Shown: positions 8,780-18,036 of the stretch, in pieces
Layout of the letters: every line of letters begins with the position of its first letter
Numbering within the stretch: position 1 is the stretch's first letter
IMG/VR virus record: IMGVR_UViG_3300044957_000763
Span: 248,001-312,000 of that record
DNA length: 64,000 nucleotides
Strand: one strand, 5' to 3'
Position numbers and translations under genes: made by a program
The notes under the pieces: model-generated
Database searches by the model: none
The model's input: only the letters and a program-made list of their open reading frames with translations
Told to the model about the DNA's origin: nothing

Positions 8780-8884
8780 TCACGCGACAGAGCGCGTGCG
8801 TTGCTGTTGTTGCTGGCGCACAGCAAGGATGCCGAGGGTGGAGGCCTTCGGTGAGCTGGTTCTGACTGTGTATGTCTTGCTCAT
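8780..8884 (-). CDS. 34-aa putative leader peptide with a Gln5 run
   Basis: AAGGA 8 nt before ATG; MSKTYTVRTSSPKASTLGILAVRQQQQQRTRSVA; upstream TGG-TATAAT at 8984-8976. Confidence 0.55.
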   Translation of the reverse strand: MSKTYTVRTSSPKASTLGILAVRQQQQQRTRSVA

Positions 8885-9036
8885 GTTAGTTTTCCTTGCG
8901 TTAATCAAGGCGAATCGGATATAAACTTGTCTCTCTCAGACTTGTTACTTATAGTCGATTCGCTTTGACATTGTTATTATACCACGTTTTGACGAGTAAA
9001 ACCTGTTTTTGTTCCAAAAAGGTAAAAAAGTCTGAT

Positions 9037-9735
9037 TTATGCTCCATGAACAGAGAAGCTGGACAGTGTGTATGCCACTGCGATTCCAACAATCATTGAC
9101 AGAATATTAATTTCTCGTCGGTTGCTTTTGTGTGTTTCTGGAATCATGTCAGCGGCCAGAATATAAATCAGTGTTCCGCACACGAATGCTGTTAGTGTGT
9201 CTGTTGCGATTGGAAGACCGATTGTGCCTGCTCCGAATCCCATCAGTGTTGCCACGATAATCAATCCAAACCATTCATAGATTACTTTGGTTGGCATTTT
9301 GTGTGTGAGCGCCAGTGCGACTAGTGCAATGCCGTCAATGGCTCGGTGCACACTGAGACCAATCAGTGCGTCTCTGACGTTACTGCTAGACAGAGAATAG
9401 ATGGCAAGACCGTCTAGTATTGCGTGCACAATAAAGCCAGTTACAAGTAACTTGGAGATTCCTTTGTGTTGTTCGTTGCTGCAATTGTGTTCGTCATGAG
9501 GACACATTGCCAAGCACGACGACAGCAAAAAATACAGACCAAATCCGACAACAACGGCAAATCCATTTGCGTGTGCCGATTCGTTTTGCATGATTTCTGG
9601 AATCAAATGCGTAAAAATGGTTGTGAGCAGTAGTCCGGCTCCGAACGGAATCAACCATTTCTTGATTTCCTTATTGTGTGCGAGGATGATTCCAAGTACT
9701 GGCGTGGTGATTGCGAATAGTATTAATCCGAGCAT
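9037..9735 (-). CDS. ZIP-family (ZupT-like) metal transporter
   Basis: multiple TM segments; HAILDG and HRAIDG metal-site helices; His-rich loop. Confidence 0.85.
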   Translation of the reverse strand: MLGLILFAITTPVLGIILAHNKEIKKWLIPFGAGLLLTTIFTHLIPEIMQNESAHANGFAVVVGFGLYFLLSSCLAMCPHDEHNCSNEQHKGISKLLVTGFIVHAILDGLAIYSLSSSNVRDALIGLSVHRAIDGIALVALALTHKMPTKVIYEWFGLIIVATLMGFGAGTIGLPIATDTLTAFVCGTLIYILAADMIPETHKSNRREINILSMIVGIAVAYTLSSFSVHGA

Positions 9736-10436
9736 TTGTTTTTTACCAATTGTGTTTTGTTCCAGTTATCGTCGCTTTTGAACCATGGTGCTACCATTTT
9801 ATATCTTCCTGTGCACCATTGTCCATCGCCGCTTTTCAAGTATACCCCTTCTCTGGCTTGATTTTGTGCATACAAACTTGGGCCATCGCGCATTTCCAAT
9901 AATGTTTTTGGCGTACACGTTCCACTGTGGATAACGCCAATCGTTGAGAACCCTGCTTCTCTAAGTAATTTCAAAGCCAGTGTTGGGTCAAGGAATTTTC
10001 GCTCATCAGAGTGATAGATGTCGTATGCCACAAACCAATCAGGCAATTCATTATATGCGATTGTGTGTTTTGCGAAAAGCCATTCGCCGTAAATACTGAT
10101 TTGGCCACCAGTGGCTTTGGACACACTTCTGATTTTATCAGCGTTCTCATATAGCCAAGTCCAAACCCTGGAGAACTGCTGTTGTGCTGGTGTTTTGCGT
10201 GCTGAATACCCTTTGCGCAGAATATGGCTGCGATTGCGGACTATTGGTTCGCCTTTGTGTATGGAAATACCCATGTTCGCACCGTCGATTTTCTCTTGAA
10301 TGCTGATTTCTCCGGCCAGAAACATTTCCATATCGCAGATAGTAGCTACACGGTCGTCGCTATCGGCATTGGGTTCCAACGGCAAGTGCATTGTCCGTGG
10401 GAATTCTGGCAATATTCTTTTCTCGATTTCGTACAT
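9723..10436 (-). CDS. ATP-dependent RNA ligase (Rnl2-like)
   Basis: nucleotidyltransferase motifs EKIDGAN, IYGEW, FVAYDI, REGVYLK, KMV. Confidence 0.85.
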   Translation of the reverse strand: MYEIEKRILPEFPRTMHLPLEPNADSDDRVATICDMEMFLAGEISIQEKIDGANMGISIHKGEPIVRNRSHILRKGYSARKTPAQQQFSRVWTWLYENADKIRSVSKATGGQISIYGEWLFAKHTIAYNELPDWFVAYDIYHSDERKFLDPTLALKLLREAGFSTIGVIHSGTCTPKTLLEMRDGPSLYAQNQAREGVYLKSGDGQWCTGRYKMVAPWFKSDDNWNKTQLVKNKCSD

Positions 10437-10645
10437 TATGTTTGTTCTTTGAATCCTTCACAATTGTCGCCTTGTGCTGTCATGGTGTTGTTGGCGACCC
10501 TTTCGTCTATCAAATCCTTCAAATCTGAATGCTTGAGGCAACAAAATTCACCCGGCAAGCCTCCAAGGTATCGACACGTGGCACTACGTTGCCCAATACG
10601 ACAAATTTCATTTACATGTGATATAGGAAGTAATACGTTTGACAT
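10436..10645 (-). CDS. small Cys-containing hypothetical protein
   Basis: 69-aa ORF; TGC-TATAAT 5 nt before ATG. Confidence 0.6.
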   Translation of the reverse strand: MSNVLLPISHVNEICRIGQRSATCRYLGGLPGEFCCLKHSDLKDLIDERVANNTMTAQGDNCEGFKEQT

Positions 10646-10646
10646 G

Positions 10647-10690
10647 CCTGATTATAGCACATAACATTCCTGATTATAGCACATAACATT
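10647..10690. repeat. perfect 22-bp tandem duplication containing a -10 box
   Basis: CCTGATTATAGCACATAACATT x2. Confidence 0.95.
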
Positions 10691-10705
10691 GAGTATAATC
10701 TGAAT

Positions 10706-11185
10706 ATGAATTTGATATATGCGCCGGAAAAAATTGATGTGACTGATTGGCACTCTGTGTTTCTCGCGGGACCAACTCCTAGAGACCCCAGTGTTGCGTC
10801 GTGGCGGCCAAAGGCGATTCAGTTATTTTCGGACATGAAGTTTAATGGTTCACTTTATATTCCAGAGCCAAGGAATGGTGGATTCGACCAAGATGATGAG
10901 GCCCGGTCAGAATGGGAGCATCTTGGTATAGCGAATGCCGGCGCAGTTTTATTCTGGGTTCCTCGCGACATTGCCGGCGGCATGCCTGGGTTTACAACCA
11001 ATGTGGAGTTTGGGTGGGTGGTTCGCATGGTATATGAAGAGGGCCATCCAGACAGGGTGTTTTATGGTCGCCCAGACCATGCTGAAGAGTGCAAGTATTT
11101 AGATTGGTTATATCATCGGTACGCGGAAAAAGAACCTCACAGTGACCTTGAGTCTATGGTTAGGTGTGTTGTTGATTGGTTGTAA
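10706..11185 (+). CDS. nucleoside 2-deoxyribosyltransferase-like protein
   Basis: VFLAGPTPR..SWR, EWE, VLFWVPR, TTNVEFG. Confidence 0.8.
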   Translation: MNLIYAPEKIDVTDWHSVFLAGPTPRDPSVASWRPKAIQLFSDMKFNGSLYIPEPRNGGFDQDDEARSEWEHLGIANAGAVLFWVPRDIAGGMPGFTTNVEFGWVVRMVYEEGHPDRVFYGRPDHAEECKYLDWLYHRYAEKEPHSDLESMVRCVVDWL

Positions 11186-11198
11186 CAACACCCAACGA

Positions 11199-12011
11199 CT
11201 ATCCCATTGCTTCCATTTCTTTCTTGAATGCTCGGTTTGCGGCACTCGAGAATATGCCAATGTAGATTGACATAAATGCGATTTCAGCAAAGATAAACAC
11301 CATTGCCAGGATTTTGCCAGGTATTGTGATGGGGAACAGGTCTCCGTACCCGGTGGTTGATGCGGTGACAACTGAATACCAAAAGCCATCGAACACCCTG
11401 ACATATTTGTCTGGTTGTGCAAACTTTTCTATTTCGTAAATCAGCGCCCCAAACAAGGCAATAATACCAAGGTTGAATGCAAAGATTTGACCAATCATTT
11501 GTTTGCCTTTCCAGATTTCTGTGATAAGTTGTTGCGCTTTGGGGCTGTATCGGTAGAATTTCAAAACGCTAACAATCCTCATAGCGCGAACTGCCCCCAG
11601 CCACGAAGCTGGTACAAAAAACCCTAACCAAAATGGCAATATAGACATCAGGTCAATGATTGCGGTGAGTTTTCGCGGCCACATGCGCGGATTACTACTG
11701 TTTTTCCATCGCACGAAGTATTCAATGGTGAAGACACACGCGATAAACCTTTCCACCCACAAGAAGAATATAGGTGACTCTAGTGAGTGTGCAGTGCGAT
11801 ATACGTCAGTTTCAACAACATAGCATCCTAATCTGACAAACACTAGCACCAGGATGAATCGTTCAATCCACCAGCTTAATGGTTGTCCGCGCATGCTTCT
11901 GGCAAGTGCGCCTATGGGCGCAAGTGTAAGGTCGCTTACGACATTTCCAACTGTTTGAATGCCGCCTACGATTCCTAATGGTTCCGTCGAATCATCTATG
12001 ATTTTAGGCAT
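11199..12011 (-). CDS. potassium channel (6TM, voltage-gated type)
   Basis: selectivity filter TTGYGD; S4-like RAMRIVSVLKFYRY. Confidence 0.9.
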   Translation of the reverse strand: MPKIIDDSTEPLGIVGGIQTVGNVVSDLTLAPIGALARSMRGQPLSWWIERFILVLVFVRLGCYVVETDVYRTAHSLESPIFFLWVERFIACVFTIEYFVRWKNSSNPRMWPRKLTAIIDLMSILPFWLGFFVPASWLGAVRAMRIVSVLKFYRYSPKAQQLITEIWKGKQMIGQIFAFNLGIIALFGALIYEIEKFAQPDKYVRVFDGFWYSVVTASTTGYGDLFPITIPGKILAMVFIFAEIAFMSIYIGIFSSAANRAFKKEMEAMG

Positions 12012-12678
12012 TGTTTTTATCCTCGAGTTGGGTCAACCTGGTCATGAACCGGTCGATTCCAATTGCAAATCCTATTCCTTCGGCATAGGCCCCACCGCCA
12101 ACGATTTGACCTTGTGCGCCCATGTCTGGGATTGAGATTTCAAAACCGTTTCCTGTATAGTATGACAGACCACGAGATGCCGCTGAATCAATCACCAGAA
12201 TGTTTTCTGGCACAAATGCGACCAGCATGCTTTTGGCCATTGCAATCATCTCATCAATGTAGTCTTTTCTAGGATTAAGTACCTCTACTCCGAATTGAGA
12301 AAACTCTCGGTATCGTCCGTCTTGAGGTTGTTCATAGCGCCAGCATCGGACGTCGTAGAACATTTTAACGTCCTTGTCAAAGCGATATTGTTGAGCAATC
12401 AACTGACACGTTGCCGTGCCCTCTGGTCTTAGACACAATGCGCGACCTTTCTTGTCTGGGAATCGGTACATTTGTCTTTCGACCAATTCCGGTCCCACTT
12501 TATCCAGGTACACTTCTTCTTTCTCGATTGAAGGAAGGATGATTTCTTTGTATCCGTATCCCAGTGCAATATCTGCCCAAGTATTGACAATCTTTCGCCT
12601 AAGCTCTGCTGTTGAACCGTACAGTATACGAGTGCCCTTGACTTGTTTTTCGCCTAGTTTGATTTCTCCATCTATCAT
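12004..12678 (-). CDS. histidyl-tRNA synthetase catalytic core only (about 224 aa)
   Basis: KGTR, LRPEGTA, RYEQPQDGRYREFSQFGVE, RGLSYYTG, GGG, GFAIGIDR; no anticodon-binding domain. Confidence 0.8.
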   Translation of the reverse strand: MIDGEIKLGEKQVKGTRILYGSTAELRRKIVNTWADIALGYGYKEIILPSIEKEEVYLDKVGPELVERQMYRFPDKKGRALCLRPEGTATCQLIAQQYRFDKDVKMFYDVRCWRYEQPQDGRYREFSQFGVEVLNPRKDYIDEMIAMAKSMLVAFVPENILVIDSAASRGLSYYTGNGFEISIPDMGAQGQIVGGGAYAEGIGFAIGIDRFMTRLTQLEDKNNA

Positions 12679-12760
12679 TGCGGTACCACTTGCGTTTTCA
12701 TGCGCTTTGTGCGATAATACCATACGTAAGGCAAAAAATGCCACGGAGAAAAAATCAAGA

Positions 12761-13331
12761 ATGTCGTATTTCAGTAAAATTTGGAACAGGTGGTTCGGTC
12801 GCAAATCGTCTGGTTCTGTTTCGTCTCAATCAACAACAGTTTCTACATCATCTAATGTGGATACGCTAAATGTAAGCACATCGCCCTCGAGTCCACAAAC
12901 CAATAGCAAAATACGCACTGCGTCACGAGGTCAAAGTGGTGCAGGTTATAGCGGCGAATCATCCGCTTCATACGTTGACCCTGCAACTGTAATCATGGTT
13001 GCTAATAATTACAGTGACCCTAGTCCAGCGCACACAGAAGAACAGCGAGTGTCTTCCGGCGAACCTTCACCCTATCTTGCGCCATATGAGGCCCATGAAC
13101 AATACTATCATGACTCGTCCGGTTCGTCACATCGAAATAGTGACAACAGTAGTCATGATTCCAGCTATGGCCATCACGAGTCAAAGCTATAGCCATCACG
13201 ATTCTGGTAGCAGCTATCACGAGTCAAGCTATAGCCATCACGATTCTGGTAGCAGCCATCACGATTCTGGCAGTAGTTATAGCTCAGACTCTGGCGGTGG
13301 TTGTGACGGTGGCGGTGGCGGTGGCGACTAA
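12761..13331 (+). pseudogene. Ser/His/Gly-rich low-complexity protein with an apparent 1-nt frameshift at 13183-13185
   Basis: track ORFs 12416 and 12999 join if one A is removed; the repeat copy at 13218-13256 has AA where this copy has AAA. Confidence 0.65.
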
Positions 13332-13354
13332 GCCACATAAGCATTTGAATTCTT

Positions 13355-13392
13355 AAGTGATTGCTATGGCTTACTCATAGCAATCACTTTTT
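13355..13392 (+). terminator. intrinsic terminator between convergent genes
   Basis: 14-bp perfect stem AAGTGATTGCTATG/CATAGCAATCACTT plus T-run. Confidence 0.8.
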
Positions 13393-13470
13393 CATTAGGT
13401 CTTCGTCTGTTGGTTTCACCTTGCGGTACAAACTTCAAGCACTCTTCAAAGCTGGCATTCATGTTGTCTT

Positions 13471-14568
13471 TTAGACAGTACACGCCATTGCTGAGTTGGT
13501 GTACGCAGGGTCGTTAGTAACATCTAACGCCTCTTTTGCCCATGTTGGCAACATGAATTTATTTGATGCTTCTTCGCTTTCAAACTCGCATTCTAGTGTG
13601 ATAAGACCATCAAGATGTCCATGATAGATGTCTAACTCAAGTGTGTGTCCGTCATATGGTATGTAATAACGAGTTTTACAAACACTTGGCCAGTTTGCGC
13701 CCATAGTGTCAAAGAGCTCCATAGGTATTTTGGTTTCCCATTCCATTCTCTTAAGTGCGCCGCTACCTTTAATGCAAAGTTCAAATACAGACTTATCGTA
13801 AGACCTAGTCCTGATGACAAATCTGTCATCTTTCATAACATAGTGTTGGTTGATTTCTTTGCTGGTGGCAGTTTCTAAAACTTCTCTTGGCACACTATTT
13901 AGCTTAAACTTGCGTTCGATTTCAACATCAAGAATAGGGTGCAACAAAGACAGAATTGCTTGCAACTTAGCGTCTAAACTTTGTCCCGCTGGAATGAACA
14001 CCCAATTGGGGTGGTTTTTCCATGCTTCAACCAGTACAGTGTCTCGTTCAATGGCCATTTTTGCTGTGTCATACCGAGCTGGATTTGTAGAGCACAACCT
14101 GTCGTAGTCTTCGGCACTATGGCAAGCTAATGATTGCATGTGAATAACCATGCTGTATCTGGACATTACTGCGTCAATGTCCATTCCATATCGTGTGGAC
14201 ATTGTAATGTTCCCACCTGGTAGATATGCAGCCGGGTCTAACAATCCACGGTCAAAGAACACTGCGCGTTTTTTGGATTCTGCAGCCGCGTGTAGGTGCC
14301 CGTTTTCCATTGCCACCTGCGTCGGAATAATGGTTTCGTTGATGTAGTTCAGCCAATCTTCAGAAAACATTACATCACTGCCTGGTTTTGGGTATCCATT
14401 TGTCAGCAACATCGACGCAACCTCTGTCATAAATCTGGCTTTGTCTGCATAAGCGCCTTCTAAATAGTTAATGACAGTGCTTTTTCCAGCCAGCGGACCT
14501 CCAGTGAAAACAATGCGGTGTTGAACCTGGTTGACAATTGGGTCGGTGATTTGCTTGTGGTTTAGCAT
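13471..14568 (-). CDS. P-loop kinase-like (AAA_28) plus CYTH domain fusion
   Basis: GGPLAGKST, FFDRG; EIERKF, EWET, KTRY, LELDIY, LECEF. Confidence 0.85.
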   Translation of the reverse strand: MLNHKQITDPIVNQVQHRIVFTGGPLAGKSTVINYLEGAYADKARFMTEVASMLLTNGYPKPGSDVMFSEDWLNYINETIIPTQVAMENGHLHAAAESKKRAVFFDRGLLDPAAYLPGGNITMSTRYGMDIDAVMSRYSMVIHMQSLACHSAEDYDRLCSTNPARYDTAKMAIERDTVLVEAWKNHPNWVFIPAGQSLDAKLQAILSLLHPILDVEIERKFKLNSVPREVLETATSKEINQHYVMKDDRFVIRTRSYDKSVFELCIKGSGALKRMEWETKIPMELFDTMGANWPSVCKTRYYIPYDGHTLELDIYHGHLDGLITLECEFESEEASNKFMLPTWAKEALDVTNDPAYTNSAMACTV

Positions 14569-14709
14569 ATTGTATTATGGCACAATAATCAAAAGGGGTA
14601 TCTTGAAGTCCGCCGCCCCGCCAGCAATGCAGACCCTATCGGATTGCCAGCGCAATATGCACATCAATGCAAGAGGTCGCAGATGTTTTTTATTACACCA
14701 AGATGTATG

Positions 14710-15789
14710 CTAATCAACTGAGCTAACTGGAATCGCTTTAACAGTATTCCAGTCCAGCAGGGCGAATGCATCTTCGGTCATTGGCCCTGCTGTGGTAAAT
14801 CCAACAGCCATTCTGCACCTTGGGTGATTGTTCAACCTTCTGCATCCGTACATTAGCCAATCAGGTCGCAAGTTTCTGGGCACATTCTTAATTCCACATT
14901 CCGTAACCACTATTTGGCATTCTGTGTCCTCGGGGCTGATTGCGTCGTGTATTGCAACAAAGTCGACAAATCTTTGATACAGCCTATCGCCCCATTGTTG
15001 TCTTGTCATTCCCGCTTGATAATCCGGTGCATATACATGCACGTTTATAAACGAACTGGCTTTTAAGAAAGGTGCCTTGAGTGTGGTTATCTCTTGTCTT
15101 AAACCATCGGCATACTGGTATTCATAGCTTGGTCTTATCAGCAACGCACCTTGAGTGTTTACAGAATTTGGCCCGAGCCATCTGTTGTTCATCATTTCTT
15201 TGAAGCTCTGACTAAAAGTGCCATACGGGGCATATCCGGGGTTTTCGTTAACCTCGGAGTCTATTACCCAAGCCGATTCATTCTCGTCTTCAACCATTCC
15301 ATATTGTTGCCAAGACAATCCCTTTTCGCGATATGCAACCGCAAAAGTATCAATAACTTGGTTTCTCAACCATATCATTGGTTCCCAAAATGCTACATCG
15401 ACGTTTTTCCTTGGGTTGGTATATTCGTTCCAGTTTTTCCAAAGGTGCACATCAAGTTCATTAGTGAAATCCATTTTGTGGTATTCGGCATAATGCATTC
15501 GCCATGCTTTAGTGTTGGCAATATACGTGTTTGTTTGAACAATAATTCCAAGTCCTGCGGTCGCAGCTTCAAGTGCGATAAACCGATGAATTTCTTGCTG
15601 GGTGTAAGTGTTCGGCCCTTTTGCGCCTATTTCAGATAGCGCAGTATCAATCCGCACAACGTTGGCCTTATTGGCCTTTGCGGATTGAATACAGCGACGA
15701 TGAATTGCTCTATTGGGAGCATTTGCGCTGGTGCCCTCATAACCCCACGGGAGATGAAGCCCAACCAGCTTAGGAGTAATTGTGACCAT
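14710..15789 (-). CDS. putative clan GH-A glycoside hydrolase
   Basis: DENES (acid/base-like), INVHVY, VVTECG (nucleophile-like). Confidence 0.5.
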   Translation of the reverse strand: MVTITPKLVGLHLPWGYEGTSANAPNRAIHRRCIQSAKANKANVVRIDTALSEIGAKGPNTYTQQEIHRFIALEAATAGLGIIVQTNTYIANTKAWRMHYAEYHKMDFTNELDVHLWKNWNEYTNPRKNVDVAFWEPMIWLRNQVIDTFAVAYREKGLSWQQYGMVEDENESAWVIDSEVNENPGYAPYGTFSQSFKEMMNNRWLGPNSVNTQGALLIRPSYEYQYADGLRQEITTLKAPFLKASSFINVHVYAPDYQAGMTRQQWGDRLYQRFVDFVAIHDAISPEDTECQIVVTECGIKNVPRNLRPDWLMYGCRRLNNHPRCRMAVGFTTAGPMTEDAFALLDWNTVKAIPVSSVD

Positions 15790-15821
15790 AGAATCATATT
15801 ATGATTCTTAGTTTAACAGCC

Positions 15822-17501
15822 CTACATACTGTCTGGCATAGAAACCCCAAGGATGCCACCAACCAGAGACAGTGTTTGCTTTGTTAATTGCACAATTTGC
15901 AATCGGGCATAAGTTTGTTCCGGTTCGTTTTCTTGGATAACTTTACAGTTTTCATAGAATTCGTGAAACATCTTTGATAGCTCTACGGCAAAGTGCGCCA
16001 ATTGATGAACACTGCATGTCTCGGCGCATTTGTGAACCTCATCATTTAGCGATAGACACTTGACAATCAGCTTGTTTTCTTGAATGGTCAACTTGTGATT
16101 CCAGTCAAATTCAACATGCTGCGACGGTGCTTTGGCCAAGATTGACGCACATCGCGCATGGGCATACTTGACATAGAAACAAGGGTTGTCTTGCGCTTGC
16201 TTAACTGCAAGTCCTATATCAAAGTCCATGTGCTTGCTGGCAGAAACATACAGGTAGAAGAATCGCACCACGTCTTTTGCAGTGTCGAAATCTGACCCAA
16301 GTTCTTGCGCAACCTCGTTAATCAAATCAACCAGGGTATACAAGTTGCCATCTCGCTTTCGCATTAACACAGGCTGACCTTCTTTGATAAATCGCACAGC
16401 CTGGAAAATCACAACATTGAGCGATTCTGGGTTATGACCAAGTGCAGCCACACCTGCCTTTAATCGCGGAATGTAACCATGATGGTCTGGTCCAAACAAG
16501 TCAACCACATGCTGGTTACCTCGAGCGTATTTGTCGTGATGATAACTGATGTCACTTGCGGCATATGTCATTCGTCCGTCTGACCGCACTAGAACTCGGT
16601 CGTCGGAATCTCCGTACTGTTTGGTCAATAACCACGTTGCGCCATCAATTTTTGCAGATTGGCCACTGTCTTGAAGGTGTTGTAATGTGACACCCACCTT
16701 ACCAGACTCAATCATCGCCTGCTCACTGACCCACATGTCGAACTCAACTCCGAACTGAGCGAGTTCTTGTTTCTGATTGTCAATCATCATTTGTTGTGAG
16801 GTTGATTGATACCAATTCGTGTCGGCGTTTATTAAGTGCGCCGCATCGTACATTGATACCAGCACACTTGCAATGCCCTCAACGTATTCTCCTTTGTATC
16901 CATTTTCAGGCATGTCGTAAGACATACCAAGTAAATTGAACACATGGTGCTTCACGCTTTCGGAAAACAGTCGCATTTGCTCGCTGTTGACACCATCATT
17001 GATGTAATACTCTCGTGTCACATTGTGACCAATCATAGTCAAGACTCGAGACAGCACATCACCAATAGCAGCGCCTCGGGCAGCGGCTACCGTAATCGGT
17101 CCGTTTGGGTTGACCGAAACATACTCAACACTATAGCTCTCAGGTTGTTTGGTGCTTGATATTGTTTCCCCACCAAGTGCGCTTTGTGTTGCGTGTTGCA
17201 ATAGTGTCGTGTCTACTTTGACGTTGAGAAACCCTGGCTTAGACCATATAAACGTCAAACCCTGCTCTTCAAGACCGGCGAAGCCTTTGGTCTGGTTAAT
17301 TGCATGGAACACACCATAACTGTCGGTGCCAGAGATTTTAGCTGCCCGCATACAAAATGTTGTGGTGTAATCATATTCTATATTAGATGCTGATGGCTGA
17401 AGGTCTATTGGAATAGACAACAACGAATCATGCAACAATCCTGCAATCACAGTCTGTTCGACGGCGTGTTCAATATGTTTTTCAATATCCAGTTGCAACA
17501 T
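15822..17501 (-). CDS. argS: arginyl-tRNA synthetase with a degenerate HIGH motif
   Basis: VEYVSVNPNGP, REYYIND, RSDGRMTYAASD, FGPDHHGY, NPCFYVKYAHAR; 559 aa. Confidence 0.92.
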   Translation of the reverse strand: MLQLDIEKHIEHAVEQTVIAGLLHDSLLSIPIDLQPSASNIEYDYTTTFCMRAAKISGTDSYGVFHAINQTKGFAGLEEQGLTFIWSKPGFLNVKVDTTLLQHATQSALGGETISSTKQPESYSVEYVSVNPNGPITVAAARGAAIGDVLSRVLTMIGHNVTREYYINDGVNSEQMRLFSESVKHHVFNLLGMSYDMPENGYKGEYVEGIASVLVSMYDAAHLINADTNWYQSTSQQMMIDNQKQELAQFGVEFDMWVSEQAMIESGKVGVTLQHLQDSGQSAKIDGATWLLTKQYGDSDDRVLVRSDGRMTYAASDISYHHDKYARGNQHVVDLFGPDHHGYIPRLKAGVAALGHNPESLNVVIFQAVRFIKEGQPVLMRKRDGNLYTLVDLINEVAQELGSDFDTAKDVVRFFYLYVSASKHMDFDIGLAVKQAQDNPCFYVKYAHARCASILAKAPSQHVEFDWNHKLTIQENKLIVKCLSLNDEVHKCAETCSVHQLAHFAVELSKMFHEFYENCKVIQENEPEQTYARLQIVQLTKQTLSLVGGILGVSMPDSM

Positions 17502-17538
17502 GCGGATATTCTACCACAAACGTGCTATAATCACAATG

Positions 17539-18036
17539 ATGTTTAGAAAGCAAAGACAGAAGTTGCTCGAGGCACGTATCTATGAACTGGAAAAAGAACT
17601 GGAATCAAAACGCGAGATAATTCGAGTGCTTGAGGCCAACTGTGACATATTTATTGCTGAACGCCACAGTGCGTGTGAACACGAGTATCAAATGGTATGT
17701 GCTTGTGTTTTGCCAGACATAGAACCATATGAAACTGGCGGAATGTTTTCTTCAGTACCAGGTGTGACTAAAACCTTTTTTCATCCAGCAGAACACGATG
17801 ACAGTGATACAGTTGCAATATACGCACACAGATGCAAAAAGTGCCACCATCTGAAGCCAGCTACGTGTTTTGATGTCGCTGCAGAAGCATCAAGTAAATG
17901 GGTTGAATATGAAGGAGCGGCAATCCGAGAAGGTCATAAATATATGGTGTGTGAGTCATCCCATAAACCAAAGCCAGTCAACAAACTAGATGCAATCGTT
18001 GCTGAATGTGAAAATTATAAGACATCCAAATTGTAG
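17539..18036 (+). CDS. hypothetical protein, C-terminal NKLDAIV motif
   Basis: start re-placed 7 nt after TGC-TATAAT; divergent from argS. Confidence 0.6.
   Translation: MFRKQRQKLLEARIYELEKELESKREIIRVLEANCDIFIAERHSACEHEYQMVCACVLPDIEPYETGGMFSSVPGVTKTFFHPAEHDDSDTVAIYAHRCKKCHHLKPATCFDVAAEASSKWVEYEGAAIREGHKYMVCESSHKPKPVNKLDAIVAECENYKTSKL

Noticed and set aside
8408-8924. Track ORFs overlapping the tRNA cluster
   Set aside because: Shadow frames across the tRNA genes and the leader ORF.
8945-8971. Mini-ORF MSKRIDYK as a leaderless peptide
   Set aside because: Its ATG is only 4 nt from the -10 box, probably upstream of the transcription start.
12416-12760. N-terminal part of track ORF 12416..13192
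   Set aside because: Largely antisense to the HisRS-like gene; the plausible start is ATG 12761.
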